Shown piece by piece: positions 20,385 through 30,700 of a stretch of 64,000 nt of DNA; position 1 is the first letter of the stretch; each line of letters starts with the position of its first letter. Under the pieces are notes generated by a model. It saw only the letters and a program-made list of their open reading frames with translations, did no database searches and had not been told where the DNA came from. This DNA comes from a virus: positions 64,948 to 128,947 of IMG/VR virus record IMGVR_UViG_3300044631_002183; one strand, written 5' to 3'. The translations under genes were made by a program, and so were the position numbers.

Positions 20385-20827
20385 TGCTCTGTGTTTCCAC
20401 AGAGACTTTCCTTTCTACCATCGCCTTATAGCTTTTCCTTGAGTTGGCTACGAAGCAATAGCAGGTCAACTTAGACTCTTATATCTAAGTATTATTCACC
20501 CCAAAAGTACCCGAATCAGTCATCGCATCTCCGGCTTTAGCAAGTCCGTTTAGCTATCGACTACCTTTGGCTATTTCAGTCTGTTGTTTACGCAGTGACT
20601 TTTTTTCAGACGCTACCATCGCCTTTTCCTTTGAGAGGAACGAAGTTTCTAGCAGTTTTAAATAGGACTCATTTACGACGCGGCCTCTCCCGAACGCACG
20701 CTGGAATTTCTTCCAATTTCCTATTGTCTTTTGACGGGCTTGTTGATCATTTAAGATTTTTAAAATAAGGAGTCTATCCTTAAGTGAGCGTGGTTTCGCT
20801 CGGCTACCTCTGCACAACAGACTGCAC
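20385..20827 (-). ncRNA. putative large structured RNA / 5' leader of the sigma gene
   Basis: Long-range helix CAGTCTGTTGT/ACAACAGACTG, many hairpins, two GAAA tetraloops on the minus strand, upstream TTGACT promoter. Confidence 0.6.
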
Positions 20828-20829
20828 AC

Positions 20830-20858
20830 AGTTTTAGATGCTTTTTCCGAAAAGTCAA
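20830..20858 (-). promoter_or_regulatory. sigma70-like promoter driving the structured RNA and sigma gene
   Basis: TTGACT followed at canonical spacing by TAAAACT on the minus strand. Confidence 0.55.
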
Positions 20859-20859
20859 A

Positions 20860-21267
20860 TCATTTCTTCAATGAATCCGGTGAAGCCTTTGAAGCGATAT
20901 AAATAAGATTCTTTAAATCTTTCTCAGAAATATTAAGAACATCACATTTTTCAGAATCGCTTCCAAGAGCTTGACACATATCATTTATTACAGATGCGAT
21001 CCCAGCAGCAACCAAACCGCTAACTTCGATTGTTTGAGAAAATGACTCAAGAGGCTTTACCAAGACCCAGTAGTCTTCGCCATTCAAAGAGCAAGAACGA
21101 AGCACGTTTGCCTTTTCCATTTCTTTCAATGCGCAAATAAGAGCAGCGTTTTCAGAGTCCTCATCGTCCGAGACAAGAATAACTTCTTTTCTATTCTTCT
21201 TTACATTAAAACAGGTATGATTGTTGAAGTATTCGTTGAGGAGCTGATAACATTCAATAATGTTCAT
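20860..21267 (-). CDS. hypothetical protein
   Basis: 135 aa ORF with upstream TTGATT...CATATT promoter-like sequence. Confidence 0.7.
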   Translation of the reverse strand: MNIIECYQLLNEYFNNHTCFNVKKNRKEVILVSDDEDSENAALICALKEMEKANVLRSCSLNGEDYWVLVKPLESFSQTIEVSGLVAAGIASVINDMCQALGSDSEKCDVLNISEKDLKNLIYIASKASPDSLKK

Positions 21268-21308
21268 ACCTTAATATGGTAAAGGATCAATAAAAATCAA
21301 ACTTTATG

Positions 21309-21339
21309 TTGACTTTTTTTATAGTGCCCCAATAATACT
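21309..21339 (+). promoter_or_regulatory. sigma70-like promoter, probably near-leaderless dut mRNA
   Basis: TTGACT...AATAATACT a few nt before ATG 21343. Confidence 0.55.
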
Positions 21340-21342
21340 GGC

Positions 21343-21765
21343 ATGGATATACACATCAAGTTGCTTAGCGATTTGGCCAAAACTCCGACTCAAGGAACTC
21401 AATTTTCGGCTGGTTATGATTTGTATGCAGCAGAAGCTGTTGTTGTGCCAAGACTTGGAAGAAAGCTTATTAAAACCAATGTAAGCTTGGCCATTCCAAT
21501 GAACTACTATGGAAGAATCGCTCCAAGGTCCGGCTTAGCTTACAAGAATGGCATTGATGTACTAGCTGGAGTAATTGACTCTGATTACCGTGGAGACATA
21601 GGTGTAATTTTGTACAATACTGATGCAAATATAGACTTCGAAGTGAAGGTTGGAGATAAAATTGCTCAAATAATCATTGAGCCTTGCGCCTCTGTCAACT
21701 TCGTAAACACCCAAACTCTTCCTGCAACCAAGCGCGGAGAAGGCGGATATGGACATACAGGCTAA
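21343..21765 (+). CDS. dut: trimeric dUTPase
   Basis: AGYDL, RIAPRSGLA, GVIDSDYRG, GDKIAQ, RGEGGYGHTG. Confidence 0.97.
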   Translation: MDIHIKLLSDLAKTPTQGTQFSAGYDLYAAEAVVVPRLGRKLIKTNVSLAIPMNYYGRIAPRSGLAYKNGIDVLAGVIDSDYRGDIGVILYNTDANIDFEVKVGDKIAQIIIEPCASVNFVNTQTLPATKRGEGGYGHTG

Positions 21766-22102
21766 TTTTATACAAGCCGCATCTTGCGCGGCTTTATCAT
21801 TTTTGTTGTATAAAACGGAATTTCTTGTCGAATATGGCAAGATTTTCCGTCTTATTTCATTTTCAAAGCTTATAGAGTATAAGTGCTTCAAGATCCAAAA
21901 TAATAAAAAGTCAAATTATCTTGATTTCTTAAGCTATAATAGCGATAACTTTTTTATTAAGCTGTTAAGCTGCCCTTATTGTTTGGGATTTTGGATGTGT
22001 TTAATTGCATCAAAAATTCAATTTGTCCTTTTTGTTTATTTTGTGTATGTAATATTGTATAAGATGATAGACATTATGTTTGACTATGGAGCTAGAAATT
22101 AA
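21749..22102 (+). CDS. membrane protein, DUF1360-like
   Basis: LLSCPYCLGFW flanked by hydrophobic helices. Confidence 0.55.
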   Translation: MDIQANFIQAASCAALSFLLYKTEFLVEYGKIFRLISFSKLIEYKCFKIQNNKKSNYLDFLSYNSDNFFIKLLSCPYCLGFWMCLIASKIQFVLFVYFVYVILYKMIDIMFDYGARN

Positions 22103-22385
22103 AGGACTTATAGAATTTTGTAGGGCTATTTCATCAAGCCCAACAGAAGTGGCCAAATCAAAAGAGTTAGTTGACTGTTTGTCTTTTTGCTTAGATGGAT
22201 TGTCTAATTGTAATTGCTCAAATAAACCAAGCGTAGAATCTTATGAGCAAAAATATTTAGAAAGAGCAAGTTCTTTTTCAGAAGATGCTTTGAAAGTTCT
22301 AGGAGTTATTCTAGATCCTAATTCAGCTTACTCAGATATTTACATTTCATTTCCCAATATAGATAAAAAAATAAAAATCAAATGA
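22086..22385 (+). CDS. hypothetical protein
   Basis: Operon-packed ORF with a CNC motif. Confidence 0.6.
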   Translation: MELEIKGLIEFCRAISSSPTEVAKSKELVDCLSFCLDGLSNCNCSNKPSVESYEQKYLERASSFSEDALKVLGVILDPNSAYSDIYISFPNIDKKIKIK

Positions 22386-22561
22386 AAGAAACAAAACTTG
22401 ACATTAACTCAAGACTTGTAGGAAAGACTGTTCGCGTTTTAGACCCAGATGGCGAATGGGTAGGAGAAGTTTCTGCTGTTAAAGATGAATATACGTTCTT
22501 AGTTTCTAATGGCAATACTTTAGTGGCTGTTGATATTTTTGATATTAGGTCTCTAAATTAA
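22382..22561 (+). CDS. hypothetical 59 aa protein (below ORF-track cutoff)
   Basis: MKETKLDINSRLVGKTVRVLDPDGEWVGEV...; ATGA overlap with the upstream stop. Confidence 0.65.
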   Translation: MKETKLDINSRLVGKTVRVLDPDGEWVGEVSAVKDEYTFLVSNGNTLVAVDIFDIRSLN

Positions 22562-22577
22562 GTGTAATGTTTGTTAT

Positions 22578-22778
22578 ATGCCACTTCCAAAGCCTAGAAA
22601 AAACGAAAAGCAAAGCGAATTTGTATCAAAATGTATGGGCGATCCTACCATGAACAAGGATTTCCCGCAACAAAAACAAAGAGCCGCTGTTTGCTATAGC
22701 CAATTCAAAAGAAAAGCAAAGGCATCTGAGTCTCTAGATTGGGAAGATTCTTCTGACGAAAGTTTCATAATTTATTAA
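22578..22778 (+). CDS. small conserved phage protein
   Basis: MPLPKPRKNEKQSEFVSKCM...QRAAVCYSQF motif recurrent in phage head modules; GTGTAA upstream. Confidence 0.7.
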   Translation: MPLPKPRKNEKQSEFVSKCMGDPTMNKDFPQQKQRAAVCYSQFKRKAKASESLDWEDSSDESFIIY

Positions 22779-22779
22779 T

Positions 22780-22816
22780 AAAAAAGGCGCGGTTTTTAGC
22801 CGCGCCGTGTTGTTTT
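22780..22816. terminator. bidirectional intrinsic terminator
   Basis: GGCGCGG/CCGCGCC stem with A-tract 5' and T-rich 3', between convergent ORFs. Confidence 0.75.
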
Positions 22817-22979
22817 ACTTCTTCTTCGAGGAGCCAGAGCTTCCTGAACTTCCCGGTGGCGCTGGCTTGCCTACGTTACCAGTGTTACCAGTCTTCTTAA
22901 CCGCCTTCTTCGTTGCTGTAGTTGTTGCAGGCTTTGATGCCTTCTTAGTAGATGTCTTAGTCTTAGATGTCTTGTTCAT
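22815..22979 (-). CDS. small Lys/Thr/Ser-rich basic (histone H1-like) peptide
   Basis: Manual translation MNKTSKTKTSTKKASKPATTTATKKAVKKTGNTGNVGKPAPPGSSGSSGSSKKK; own TAGACT/TAAGAT promoter; ends at the terminator. Confidence 0.65.
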   Translation of the reverse strand: MNKTSKTKTSTKKASKPATTTATKKAVKKTGNTGNVGKPAPPGSSGSSGSSKKK

Positions 22980-23059
22980 CATTTTTATCTTAATCGTAAC
23001 TTTAAAAAAGTCTAGAAAAATCTTGACTTAATCAAAAAAAATTCTATACTTGATAAGTC

Positions 23060-23671
23060 ATGGGCATAGAGGATAAAATTATTTGCTTGTGCCTCAACAA
23101 AAGGTGGCAACCAATTGGGGTTAAATCTGTAAGAGATGCTTTCAGTGAATTGGTGCATCCCAATTGTGTGGCATTAAATGTCATCTATAAGAAAAATGAA
23201 GATGGATCTTTAAATTTTTCTGACATAGAAGATATTCAAGCCGTCAAATGGGACGAGTGGCTAACTCTTCCTGTCAGAAAGTGCGACTTAGAAATTCGCA
23301 CAAGCAAGATGTCTATAAGAGTACCGACTATCATTGCTTCGTCTAAATACTCTGAAGTACCCGTAAAAACATTTCGTCCTACTAGAAACAATATTTGGCT
23401 TAGAGACCAAGGTATTTGCCAATACAGTGGTAAAAAATTAAAACCAGAAGAAGCAAATATAGACCATCCTTTTCCAAAATCAAGAGGAGGCCCGAACACT
23501 TGGGAGAATATGGTTCTTTGCCACAAGGATATAAATTCTAAAAAGGGAAGCAAAACACCAGAAGAAGCTGGGCTAAAACTTATTAGAAAGCCAAAGCCAA
23601 TGGCCCCGAGATTAGCAAGTGATGCTATTGATTTCAAAAACCATGTTGATTGGAGCGTATTTTTAAAATGA
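23060..23671 (+). CDS. HNH endonuclease family protein
   Basis: RNNIWLRDQGICQYSG, IDHPFPKSRGG..TWENMV, N.KKG.KTPEEAG; TTGACT/TATACT promoter at 23023-23050. Confidence 0.88.
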   Translation: MGIEDKIICLCLNKRWQPIGVKSVRDAFSELVHPNCVALNVIYKKNEDGSLNFSDIEDIQAVKWDEWLTLPVRKCDLEIRTSKMSIRVPTIIASSKYSEVPVKTFRPTRNNIWLRDQGICQYSGKKLKPEEANIDHPFPKSRGGPNTWENMVLCHKDINSKKGSKTPEEAGLKLIRKPKPMAPRLASDAIDFKNHVDWSVFLK

Positions 23672-24369
23672 ACAAAATAATAGGAATATCAGGACTAGCA
23701 GGAGACGGCAAAGACTCTTTGTGCAATATGCTAAGAGTTTTATTTGAAGGCTCTGGATATGCATTTGAGCGCATGGCTTTGGCCGACGAATTGAAGGAGG
23801 AGTGCCGCGAAGCCTTAAAGTCTATGTATAATATAAATCCAATACTATGCTCAAGAGAAGAGAAGGCTCTTATTAGAGATTTCTTAGTTTTTTATGCTAA
23901 AGTAAAACGTGAAGAATCTAAAGGAACTCATTGGATTGGAAAACTAGCTAAAAAAATTTCTAGTCTACCAAAAATTGAGTCCGATAGAATAATTTGCATC
24001 CCAGATGTTCGTCACGCTCAATATGAACACGACGAGGTTGCTTGGATTAAAAAAAATAAAGGCATCTTAATTCATGTCAAGAAGTATCAACTAGAAGAAA
24101 CTTTTACTTTCAAGAAATCTTATTCTATTCCAGTTAATAATGAAGAGGCGACACACACCCCAAAGCTAGAAGCTCTTGCTGATTTTGTTATTGAATGGCA
24201 AGATACTTCTCCTGTCGCTCCTGAAAACAGCCACTTCTCAAGAGAATCAGTTGTTGAATTATTTATTCTTATCAGAGACTCGTTCCTTGTTGACCCACCT
24301 AAAGAGACAAAGCGTCTCAGCAAGTCTCAAAAGATTCGTAAAAACATAGAAAAACTAAAGAAAATATAG
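23668..24369 (+). CDS. deoxynucleoside monophosphate kinase-like protein
   Basis: IIGISGLAGDGKD P-loop, ALADELK, IPDVR..E. Confidence 0.75.
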   Translation: MNKIIGISGLAGDGKDSLCNMLRVLFEGSGYAFERMALADELKEECREALKSMYNINPILCSREEKALIRDFLVFYAKVKREESKGTHWIGKLAKKISSLPKIESDRIICIPDVRHAQYEHDEVAWIKKNKGILIHVKKYQLEETFTFKKSYSIPVNNEEATHTPKLEALADFVIEWQDTSPVAPENSHFSRESVVELFILIRDSFLVDPPKETKRLSKSQKIRKNIEKLKKI

Positions 24370-24399
24370 TGGCACGGCCTCTGCTTGAATGAGATACCT

Positions 24400-24735
24400 A
24401 TGTATTACACACTTAAATCATCAACTCAATTGACTAAAGAACTCAACAGCTACCTAACATTAGACTTGTGGAAAGAAACAGAAGAGGCGTTCAAATTAGA
24501 GCTTGACACTCCGGGCTTTTCAAAGAATGAAATAACTGTTACTTCTAAAGGAAATGTTGTTTGCGTCACCATTTCTCCAAAACAAGGAAACAAGAGAACC
24601 CCATTCTCAGCAGAATACAAGCTGCCAAACTCTGCTGTCGTTTCTGAATCTATTGCTCATCTTGAAGATGGTGTTCTAAAGATAATCGTTCCTAAAAAAG
24701 AACAAGAAAAAGTTAATGTAATTCCTATAAAATAA
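24400..24735 (+). CDS. Hsp20/alpha-crystallin small heat shock protein
   Basis: LDTPGFSKNEI, AHLEDGVLKIIVPK. Confidence 0.85.
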   Translation: MYYTLKSSTQLTKELNSYLTLDLWKETEEAFKLELDTPGFSKNEITVTSKGNVVCVTISPKQGNKRTPFSAEYKLPNSAVVSESIAHLEDGVLKIIVPKKEQEKVNVIPIK

Positions 24736-24773
24736 TTTGACTTTTTTTATATCGCCGCAACAATATAGTTGCT

Positions 24774-24962
24774 ATGAATAAGTACACTATTACGGTTACA
24801 GAGTCTGCCGCAGGAACATTTGCGGTAACTGATGTTCAGAAGGCTGTTAAGATCAATCAGCATCGAACCGATGCTAAGCGTATGCCTCGTAACGCATTCG
24901 GCTTTTCTGCTGCATCAGATCCTCAAAGCTTGACCAAGCGAGCAACTCGCCGTAGTCGCTAA
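24774..24962 (+). CDS. hypothetical small basic protein
   Basis: Own TTGACT promoter (24737) and downstream terminator. Confidence 0.7.
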   Translation: MNKYTITVTESAAGTFAVTDVQKAVKINQHRTDAKRMPRNAFGFSAASDPQSLTKRATRRSR

Positions 24963-24969
24963 AACAACT

Positions 24970-24996
24970 GGGGGAGCGAAAGCTCCCCCTTTTTTT
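24970..24996 (+). terminator. intrinsic terminator
   Basis: GGGGAGC-GAAA-GCTCCCC followed by a T-tract. Confidence 0.9.
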
Positions 24997-25194
24997 ATGG
25001 ACAATTTAGATATGCTTATTAAAACCTCTGAGTTCTATGAAGCGGAGGCCGAAAGACTCTTGGAGAAGCTGCGATCTTGCAAAACAAAAAAGCAAACACT
25101 AGATGTCGTTGCAGAGCTTAAGTCTTTGAAGCAAAAGATTAAATTTGAGATAAATCAAATCTCTAAAATTCTAGAAGACAACGCAGAATATTAA
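24997..25194 (+). CDS. hypothetical coiled-coil protein
   Basis: 65 aa helical ORF. Confidence 0.55.
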   Translation: MDNLDMLIKTSEFYEAEAERLLEKLRSCKTKKQTLDVVAELKSLKQKIKFEINQISKILEDNAEY

Positions 25195-25715
25195 TAAGCA
25201 GTATAGCCATAAGTTCTTCCTGATCTGATGTATGGATAATTGTCTGGAAAAGCTCCAGCAACAATATCGTCTCCAACAACTTGGCCGGGAACAAACTTTT
25301 TGCCTCTGTAGGCGCTGATTAGCAACTTTAGGGATTCTTCCTCTTGTTTCTTTTCGGCGCTTACTGTTTTTATCAGTTGATTTTTATCTAGTTTTCTGAC
25401 CTTTGTGTCATTGTGAGTTACTTCTATAACATCATCGGAATCTGTAGAAGTCAATTTAGATCTAATGATTACAGCATATCTGTGTATTATGTACATCTTT
25501 TTTAGGATTGCTACAGCATTAATATCTATTTGAACTGTTGTGTTGTCTGCGTCAACTATCTCATAGGTTGTTTCATCAACTACAAAATTAGAAAAAAGAT
25601 AACTATTAAGCGCCCCGACATTCGCTCTAACCCAAAAAGCTATAGCCGCGATACTTAAATCGCTTGGGCTATTTAAATCAAAATATATTTCTTGAGCTAT
25701 GTCAACAACCTTCAT
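25191..25715 (-). CDS. hypothetical protein, probably virion-associated
   Basis: Downstream of the fibre module; GTGTAA motif upstream. Confidence 0.6.
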   Translation of the reverse strand: MKVVDIAQEIYFDLNSPSDLSIAAIAFWVRANVGALNSYLFSNFVVDETTYEIVDADNTTVQIDINAVAILKKMYIIHRYAVIIRSKLTSTDSDDVIEVTHNDTKVRKLDKNQLIKTVSAEKKQEEESLKLLISAYRGKKFVPGQVVGDDIVAGAFPDNYPYIRSGRTYGYTAY

Positions 25716-25724
25716 ATGTTATAA

Positions 25725-26306
25725 TTACACAAAAATAGTCTGATCTGGGTTATATTTTGGCATATGAGGAAAAGGCGGTATAGAAATATTCGGCGCAGAT
25801 GTAGGAATAATAGGCCAAGTTACTGTAGAAAGATCTTCTACATTAAACAAATCTCTTAACTGTTGTCTAAATACAGCAAAATCTGTTCTTGCGTCTTGAG
25901 AAATTGGCACGTCAGGGATTTGAGTGAAATCAGTCATTTTCAAATACTGGTCTCTTATTGGAGTAACGTTTGCAATAAAAATTTTATCTAATGTTTCTAT
26001 ATCTGCAGAATCTAAGTCAGCAAGAAAATACTGTATATTGACGACCTTAAGATTTTGGTCTAATGAAATTTGAGATTTTATTTTCTGATTAACCCCACAA
26101 ATTGGCTTAGTTGAATCTATAAATTTCCAAAAAGCATAGCCCGCTAAACCAGTCCAGCTTAAATCAAACATTAAGTCTGGAGAATTTATTGCGACATTTG
26201 CAAAGCCAGAAGTTTCTCCAAAGTTTTCTGGCAAGAAAGTCGGGCCATACTGCATTATGTACGACTGAGATGCGTCGTCCCATTTCATGTAATAATATTG
26301 GTTCAT
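25725..26306 (-). CDS. tail fibre assembly chaperone-like protein
   Basis: RDQYLKMTDFTQIPDVP...FRQQLRDL...VTWP motif. Confidence 0.8.
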   Translation of the reverse strand: MNQYYYMKWDDASQSYIMQYGPTFLPENFGETSGFANVAINSPDLMFDLSWTGLAGYAFWKFIDSTKPICGVNQKIKSQISLDQNLKVVNIQYFLADLDSADIETLDKIFIANVTPIRDQYLKMTDFTQIPDVPISQDARTDFAVFRQQLRDLFNVEDLSTVTWPIIPTSAPNISIPPFPHMPKYNPDQTIFV

Positions 26307-26309
26307 AAT

Positions 26310-27032
26310 TTAAACTAAAGCTGTAAAGTTGTATTTTAAATAATATCTTCTTGCTATATCATCGTGTTCTGCTGCCGTTAATCTAGATCCATTCCAAAAC
26401 ATAAAATGACCTAAACGAATTGCTGATTGATAGTTATCCGTGAATCCTCCATATTTGCAGATTCCCACTCTTCCCGCTGTTGAGGCTGCATATGGGCCTC
26501 CAGTTGCTGTTCCCCCATCTGTTCCATTTGCTCTATAAATTTTAAATATTGATCCTGCGCCACCGCCGGTAAAATCATTAGTTACTGCAACCATATAAAA
26601 AGTATTTGCTATATTACCATAAGAAGAGCTTGATAAAACAGCGACTCCATTTCTTGAATATCGCATAGGGCCAAAAGTATCATTCCATCCAATCCACCAG
26701 TCATGAGTGCTAGAAGCGTAAGCTCCAGCTATAATACATGGAAAACCAACCATTGCCCCGCTTGGACCAGTTTGTATTCCTATATGAATAGAGTAGTCAT
26801 TTTGATGAGTAATATTTGCGCATTGTATTGTTTTGCCGCTAGTATTTGTTGTGTTATTTATATCTAACATTCCGCACCTAAAAGATCCAAGCCAATTAGC
26901 ATCCGCCGTCATATTATTGACAGTTCCGTTGTTTCCATTTCCACTCAAATCAGGAATTGAAGTGTTAAACGCTGTTAAAGCGCTTGCTCCATATCCTTGA
27001 GTAAAATCATATCGTATTGTTGGTGCTGGCAT
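26310..27032 (-). CDS. LamG/concanavalin A-like virion protein
   Basis: DLSGNGNNGT start, beta-rich, C-terminal LTAAEH..I. Confidence 0.7.
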   Translation of the reverse strand: MPAPTIRYDFTQGYGASALTAFNTSIPDLSGNGNNGTVNNMTADANWLGSFRCGMLDINNTTNTSGKTIQCANITHQNDYSIHIGIQTGPSGAMVGFPCIIAGAYASSTHDWWIGWNDTFGPMRYSRNGVAVLSSSSYGNIANTFYMVAVTNDFTGGGAGSIFKIYRANGTDGGTATGGPYAASTAGRVGICKYGGFTDNYQSAIRLGHFMFWNGSRLTAAEHDDIARRYYLKYNFTALV

Positions 27033-27033
27033 A

Positions 27034-27762
27034 TTATTTAGATCCTGTTCTATATGCTACTCTTTGATAGCTTCTATCTGCCGCGTTAAACATAAATTTA
27101 TCAAGCCCCGGATTTGTAGTACCTAAACTAAAATAGGCGTTAGATCCTGATCCGAATGTGATGTAAGCATTGCTTCCAACATACGCAATTGTTCTAGCTG
27201 TGCCGAAAAAAGTAGTTGAAGTTATTGGAACATTTACAAAGCTGTCGTCTACGCTTCCATTTTGTAAACTTGTCCAACCGCTTGGAGGCCAAGTTCCTGT
27301 AGAAGAGGCCCCCAACGATGGAGCTGTTGATCCGGATGCGCTTAACGCTCCATTTATATATTGATAGCTAGAATAAAATGTAGTAGCAGTTATCGCAGCA
27401 TTCCAAACATAAGTAGTATTCGCTGTTGGCGAGAATGAGACTCCAGATCCTGTGGCGCTATAATGCCCAGATATTCCTCCAGTATTTGCCCAGTTCCCCA
27501 ACCTCAACTCTACTTGCCCATTTACAAACAAATAGATTTCATAAATACAATTACTTGCCCCCGGCGTTCCGCTTGTAGAAGATCCGCCCTCGAATCTTAT
27601 TTGGGTAAAGTTGACGGCAGATCCCCCTCCAGTACCCCCAGTACCTCCGGTTCCTCCAGTGCCTCCTGTTCCGCTTGATCCGCTTGATCCACTTGTGCCA
27701 AAATTTGGATTAATATATGGCAATCCCCAAGAGTTTGTTAATCCAGATCCTATAAAAATCAT
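27034..27762 (-). CDS. fibre-associated protein with short GSS/GGT repeat and beta-rich domain
   Basis: N-terminal GTSGSSGSSGTGGTGGT matches the adjacent giant fibre repeat. Confidence 0.65.
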   Translation of the reverse strand: MIFIGSGLTNSWGLPYINPNFGTSGSSGSSGTGGTGGTGGTGGTGGGSAVNFTQIRFEGGSSTSGTPGASNCIYEIYLFVNGQVELRLGNWANTGGISGHYSATGSGVSFSPTANTTYVWNAAITATTFYSSYQYINGALSASGSTAPSLGASSTGTWPPSGWTSLQNGSVDDSFVNVPITSTTFFGTARTIAYVGSNAYITFGSGSNAYFSLGTTNPGLDKFMFNAADRSYQRVAYRTGSK

Positions 27763-30700
27763 ATAGTAAATCCTGTGCTATCTAAGTTTTGAGCTATTAT
27801 AGATCCAAACCATCCGCTATTATAACTAATAGAAGTGAAAGCAAAAACATCGCATCTTCCATTCACATTAGTTAATGTAGGATTTATACCTCCGGGCCAG
27901 TATATTCCAGATCCTGTCCAAGCAATCGCATTACTTCCAAGATATTTAATTACTGCTATTACAGTTTCAGCATTTCCTGTAGCCGATCCTCTACTGGAAA
28001 ATGATACAGAAGTAGCGCTAACGCCACTATTCATTTGCACAACAAAAACATTTCCGTAGTTCAAATCAAATGGTATAGCTCCATTAGCAGCAAGAATATA
28101 AGATGTTCCTTTGCCCATTATAGATCCAGCTACTCCTAATTTATTACCATTAAATGTTAGATTCGCTTCACCATTTAATCCTGAACCAGTAGCTGTAACA
28201 ACATAGTTGTCTACGTTGTTTGTTATAGTAGCTCCAGCTCCTTGAGACCCAGTGGAGCCTAATCCGCCAGTGCCACCAGTTCCCCCTGTTCCTCCTGTTC
28301 CCCCTTGCGAGCCTTGAATGCCTTGAGATCCGGTAGACCCCAAGCCGCCGGTTCCTCCAGTGCCACCTGTGCCTCCTGTGCCTCCTTGAGAACCAGTAAC
28401 TCCAATGAGCCCTGCTGGACCCACTCTTCTAGCAGTAGATATGACTGTATTTTGTGCGGCGTTCCCAGTGTATCCAACATTTGTTAAAGTAACTGAAGTA
28501 GTGCTACTCCAAGAATTAATTGAAAAGTATCCAGCGTTTTCTATATATATAATTTGACTTACTTGCATCCAGTCAGTATTTCCTACGCTCACTACAACAG
28601 TTGAGGAAACCGCTGGCATGGTAAATGCCGCCGTAGTTGTAGTAAACGCGTTTCGGCCAGCAGACCCAGTAGAGCCTATAGATCCTGTAGAACCAATTCC
28701 ACCAGTTCCGCCTGTTCCGCCTGTTCCGCCTTGAGATCCTTGTATGCCTTGAGATCCAGTCGAACCTATTCCTCCAGTGCCTCCTGTTCCACCTTGAGAA
28801 CCTTGGATACCTTGAGATCCAGTTGAACCTATCCCGCCAGTACCTCCGGTCCCACCAGTTCCACCTGTGGCTCCAGTAGAACCAATGCCTCCAGTGCCTC
28901 CTGTAGCGCCAGCAGACCCGGCGCTTCCAGACTCACCCATTGGCCCGAAAGCTACGTTTGTTAATCCCAATGTAGAAGATATAGTATAAAAACTTGCATC
29001 TAAATATAAAGGACTTCCTACAGCTCTTGAAACTGTCCTTTGAACTACTCCATCTTTCCAATATCTTATATTAAATCCATCATAAGTTATAGAACATACT
29101 GTACTTGTTGTATAAGAACCGGATTGACCAATATCTGATCCATTTTCATAAATTCTTAACGTTCCATCTCCGACAAAATACCAAGCATAGTCAATACTAG
29201 TATATGAAGCATCTAATGTTGGATCAGTGTTTAATCCAATCATTACATATACTCCAGTAGTATTAGATCGCATTGAGCAGTAAACACCTCTAGTATAACT
29301 TTGAGTGGAATAAAGGTGTCCATCCCAAGTATTTGCATTTCCAGAAGCTTTTACAAATGACGTGCTATCTGCTCCATAAGTAACTCCTCCACCAAAATTA
29401 GGAGTCCAATCCGAAGCGCCTCTTGCTCCTGTTCCGCCAGTACCGCCTGTGCCTCCTTGAGATCCTGTAGACCCTATTCCTCCAGTGCCGCCAGTGCCTC
29501 CTTGAGACCCTGTAGATCCTATTCCTCCAGTGCCACCAGTGCCTCCTTGAGACCCTGTAGATCCTATTCCTCCAGTGCCACCAGTGCCTCCTTGAGACCC
29601 TGTAGAGCCAATCCCACCAGTGCCACCAGTGCCGCCTGTGCCTCCTTGCGACCCTTGAATTCCTTGAGACCCAGTTGATCCAATACCACCAGTTCCGCCG
29701 GTTCCTCCAGTGCCACCTGTCCCGCCTTGAGAGCCCATTGAACCAGAAGTCCCAGAGCTTCCAGAGCTTGAAGCATTTATTTTTGTTCTTACTTGCCCAT
29801 CTGCTTCTATAACCAGAACGTTGTTGCTAGTTCCAGTCGATATTCCAGTGAATCTAATATTTCCACTTACATCTAACTTATATTGAGGATTTGGCTGGCC
29901 TATTCCAACCTTGTTGCCGCTAATAGTAAAATCTCCGCTATTAAATTGTCCGGCTTTAATTGTATTATTAGCAAATACTTCAAATACTGGTAAACCAGCA
30001 ATAGTATTTACAGACATCAAAGAATCAGAAAGATCATCTATAATAGAAAATAATCCACCATTTGTCCCATCTGCTCTTATTAATGTATCCCCAGATACAG
30101 CAGAAACCGCATGTATTTTTCCAGATGGTGTGGTTGTTCCTACTCCAAGATTTCCAGCATTAAACCATTGATTTGTTGTGTCAAATTGTAATCTATTAGC
30201 AGAGCTATAATTAAAAGACAATAAACCATCACCAGCATTATTTGTTAATACGAAAGACCTTGTCGCATTTGATATAGCAAATTGAGGGGCGCTCGCGGCA
30301 TAAGCTGTTAATAACCAACTTGGGCTAGTTGTACCTATTCCAATATTAGTTCCATTATCATATATGTTAGAATTTGTTAAAGTTGTTGCAGAATTAAATT
30401 TAGCGACATATCCAGATGAGCCAGACAAGCTTGCGCTAGATCCTTGAGACCCAATTCCGCCAGTTCCTCCTGTCCCGCCGGTTCCGCCGGTTCCGCCAGT
30501 GCCGCCCTGAAATCCTTGTATTCCTTGTGAACCTGTGGAGCCTATTCCTCCAGTACCACCTGTTCCTCCAGTTCCTCCCTGAGAACCAGTTGATCCTCTT
30601 GAACCAACAGAACCTAGAGACCCGAAAGAACCTTGAATACCTTGAGACCCAGTTGACCCAATGCCCCCTGTCCCACCTGTACCGCCTGTCCCTCCAGTTC

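Noticed and set aside
20385-20827. RNase P RNA, group II intron or tmRNA identity for the large RNA
   Set aside because: GGAAAGTC lies at the wrong end with no partner motif; no domain V; no tRNA-like ends or tag ORF
20554-20829. 91 aa ORF in the sigma leader
   Set aside because: GTG start at the predicted TSS, no recognisable motif; extensive base pairing explains the region better (not fully excluded)
22807-23031. Plus-strand 74 aa hydrophobic ORF
   Set aside because: Antisense shadow of the Lys-rich peptide; starts inside a terminator
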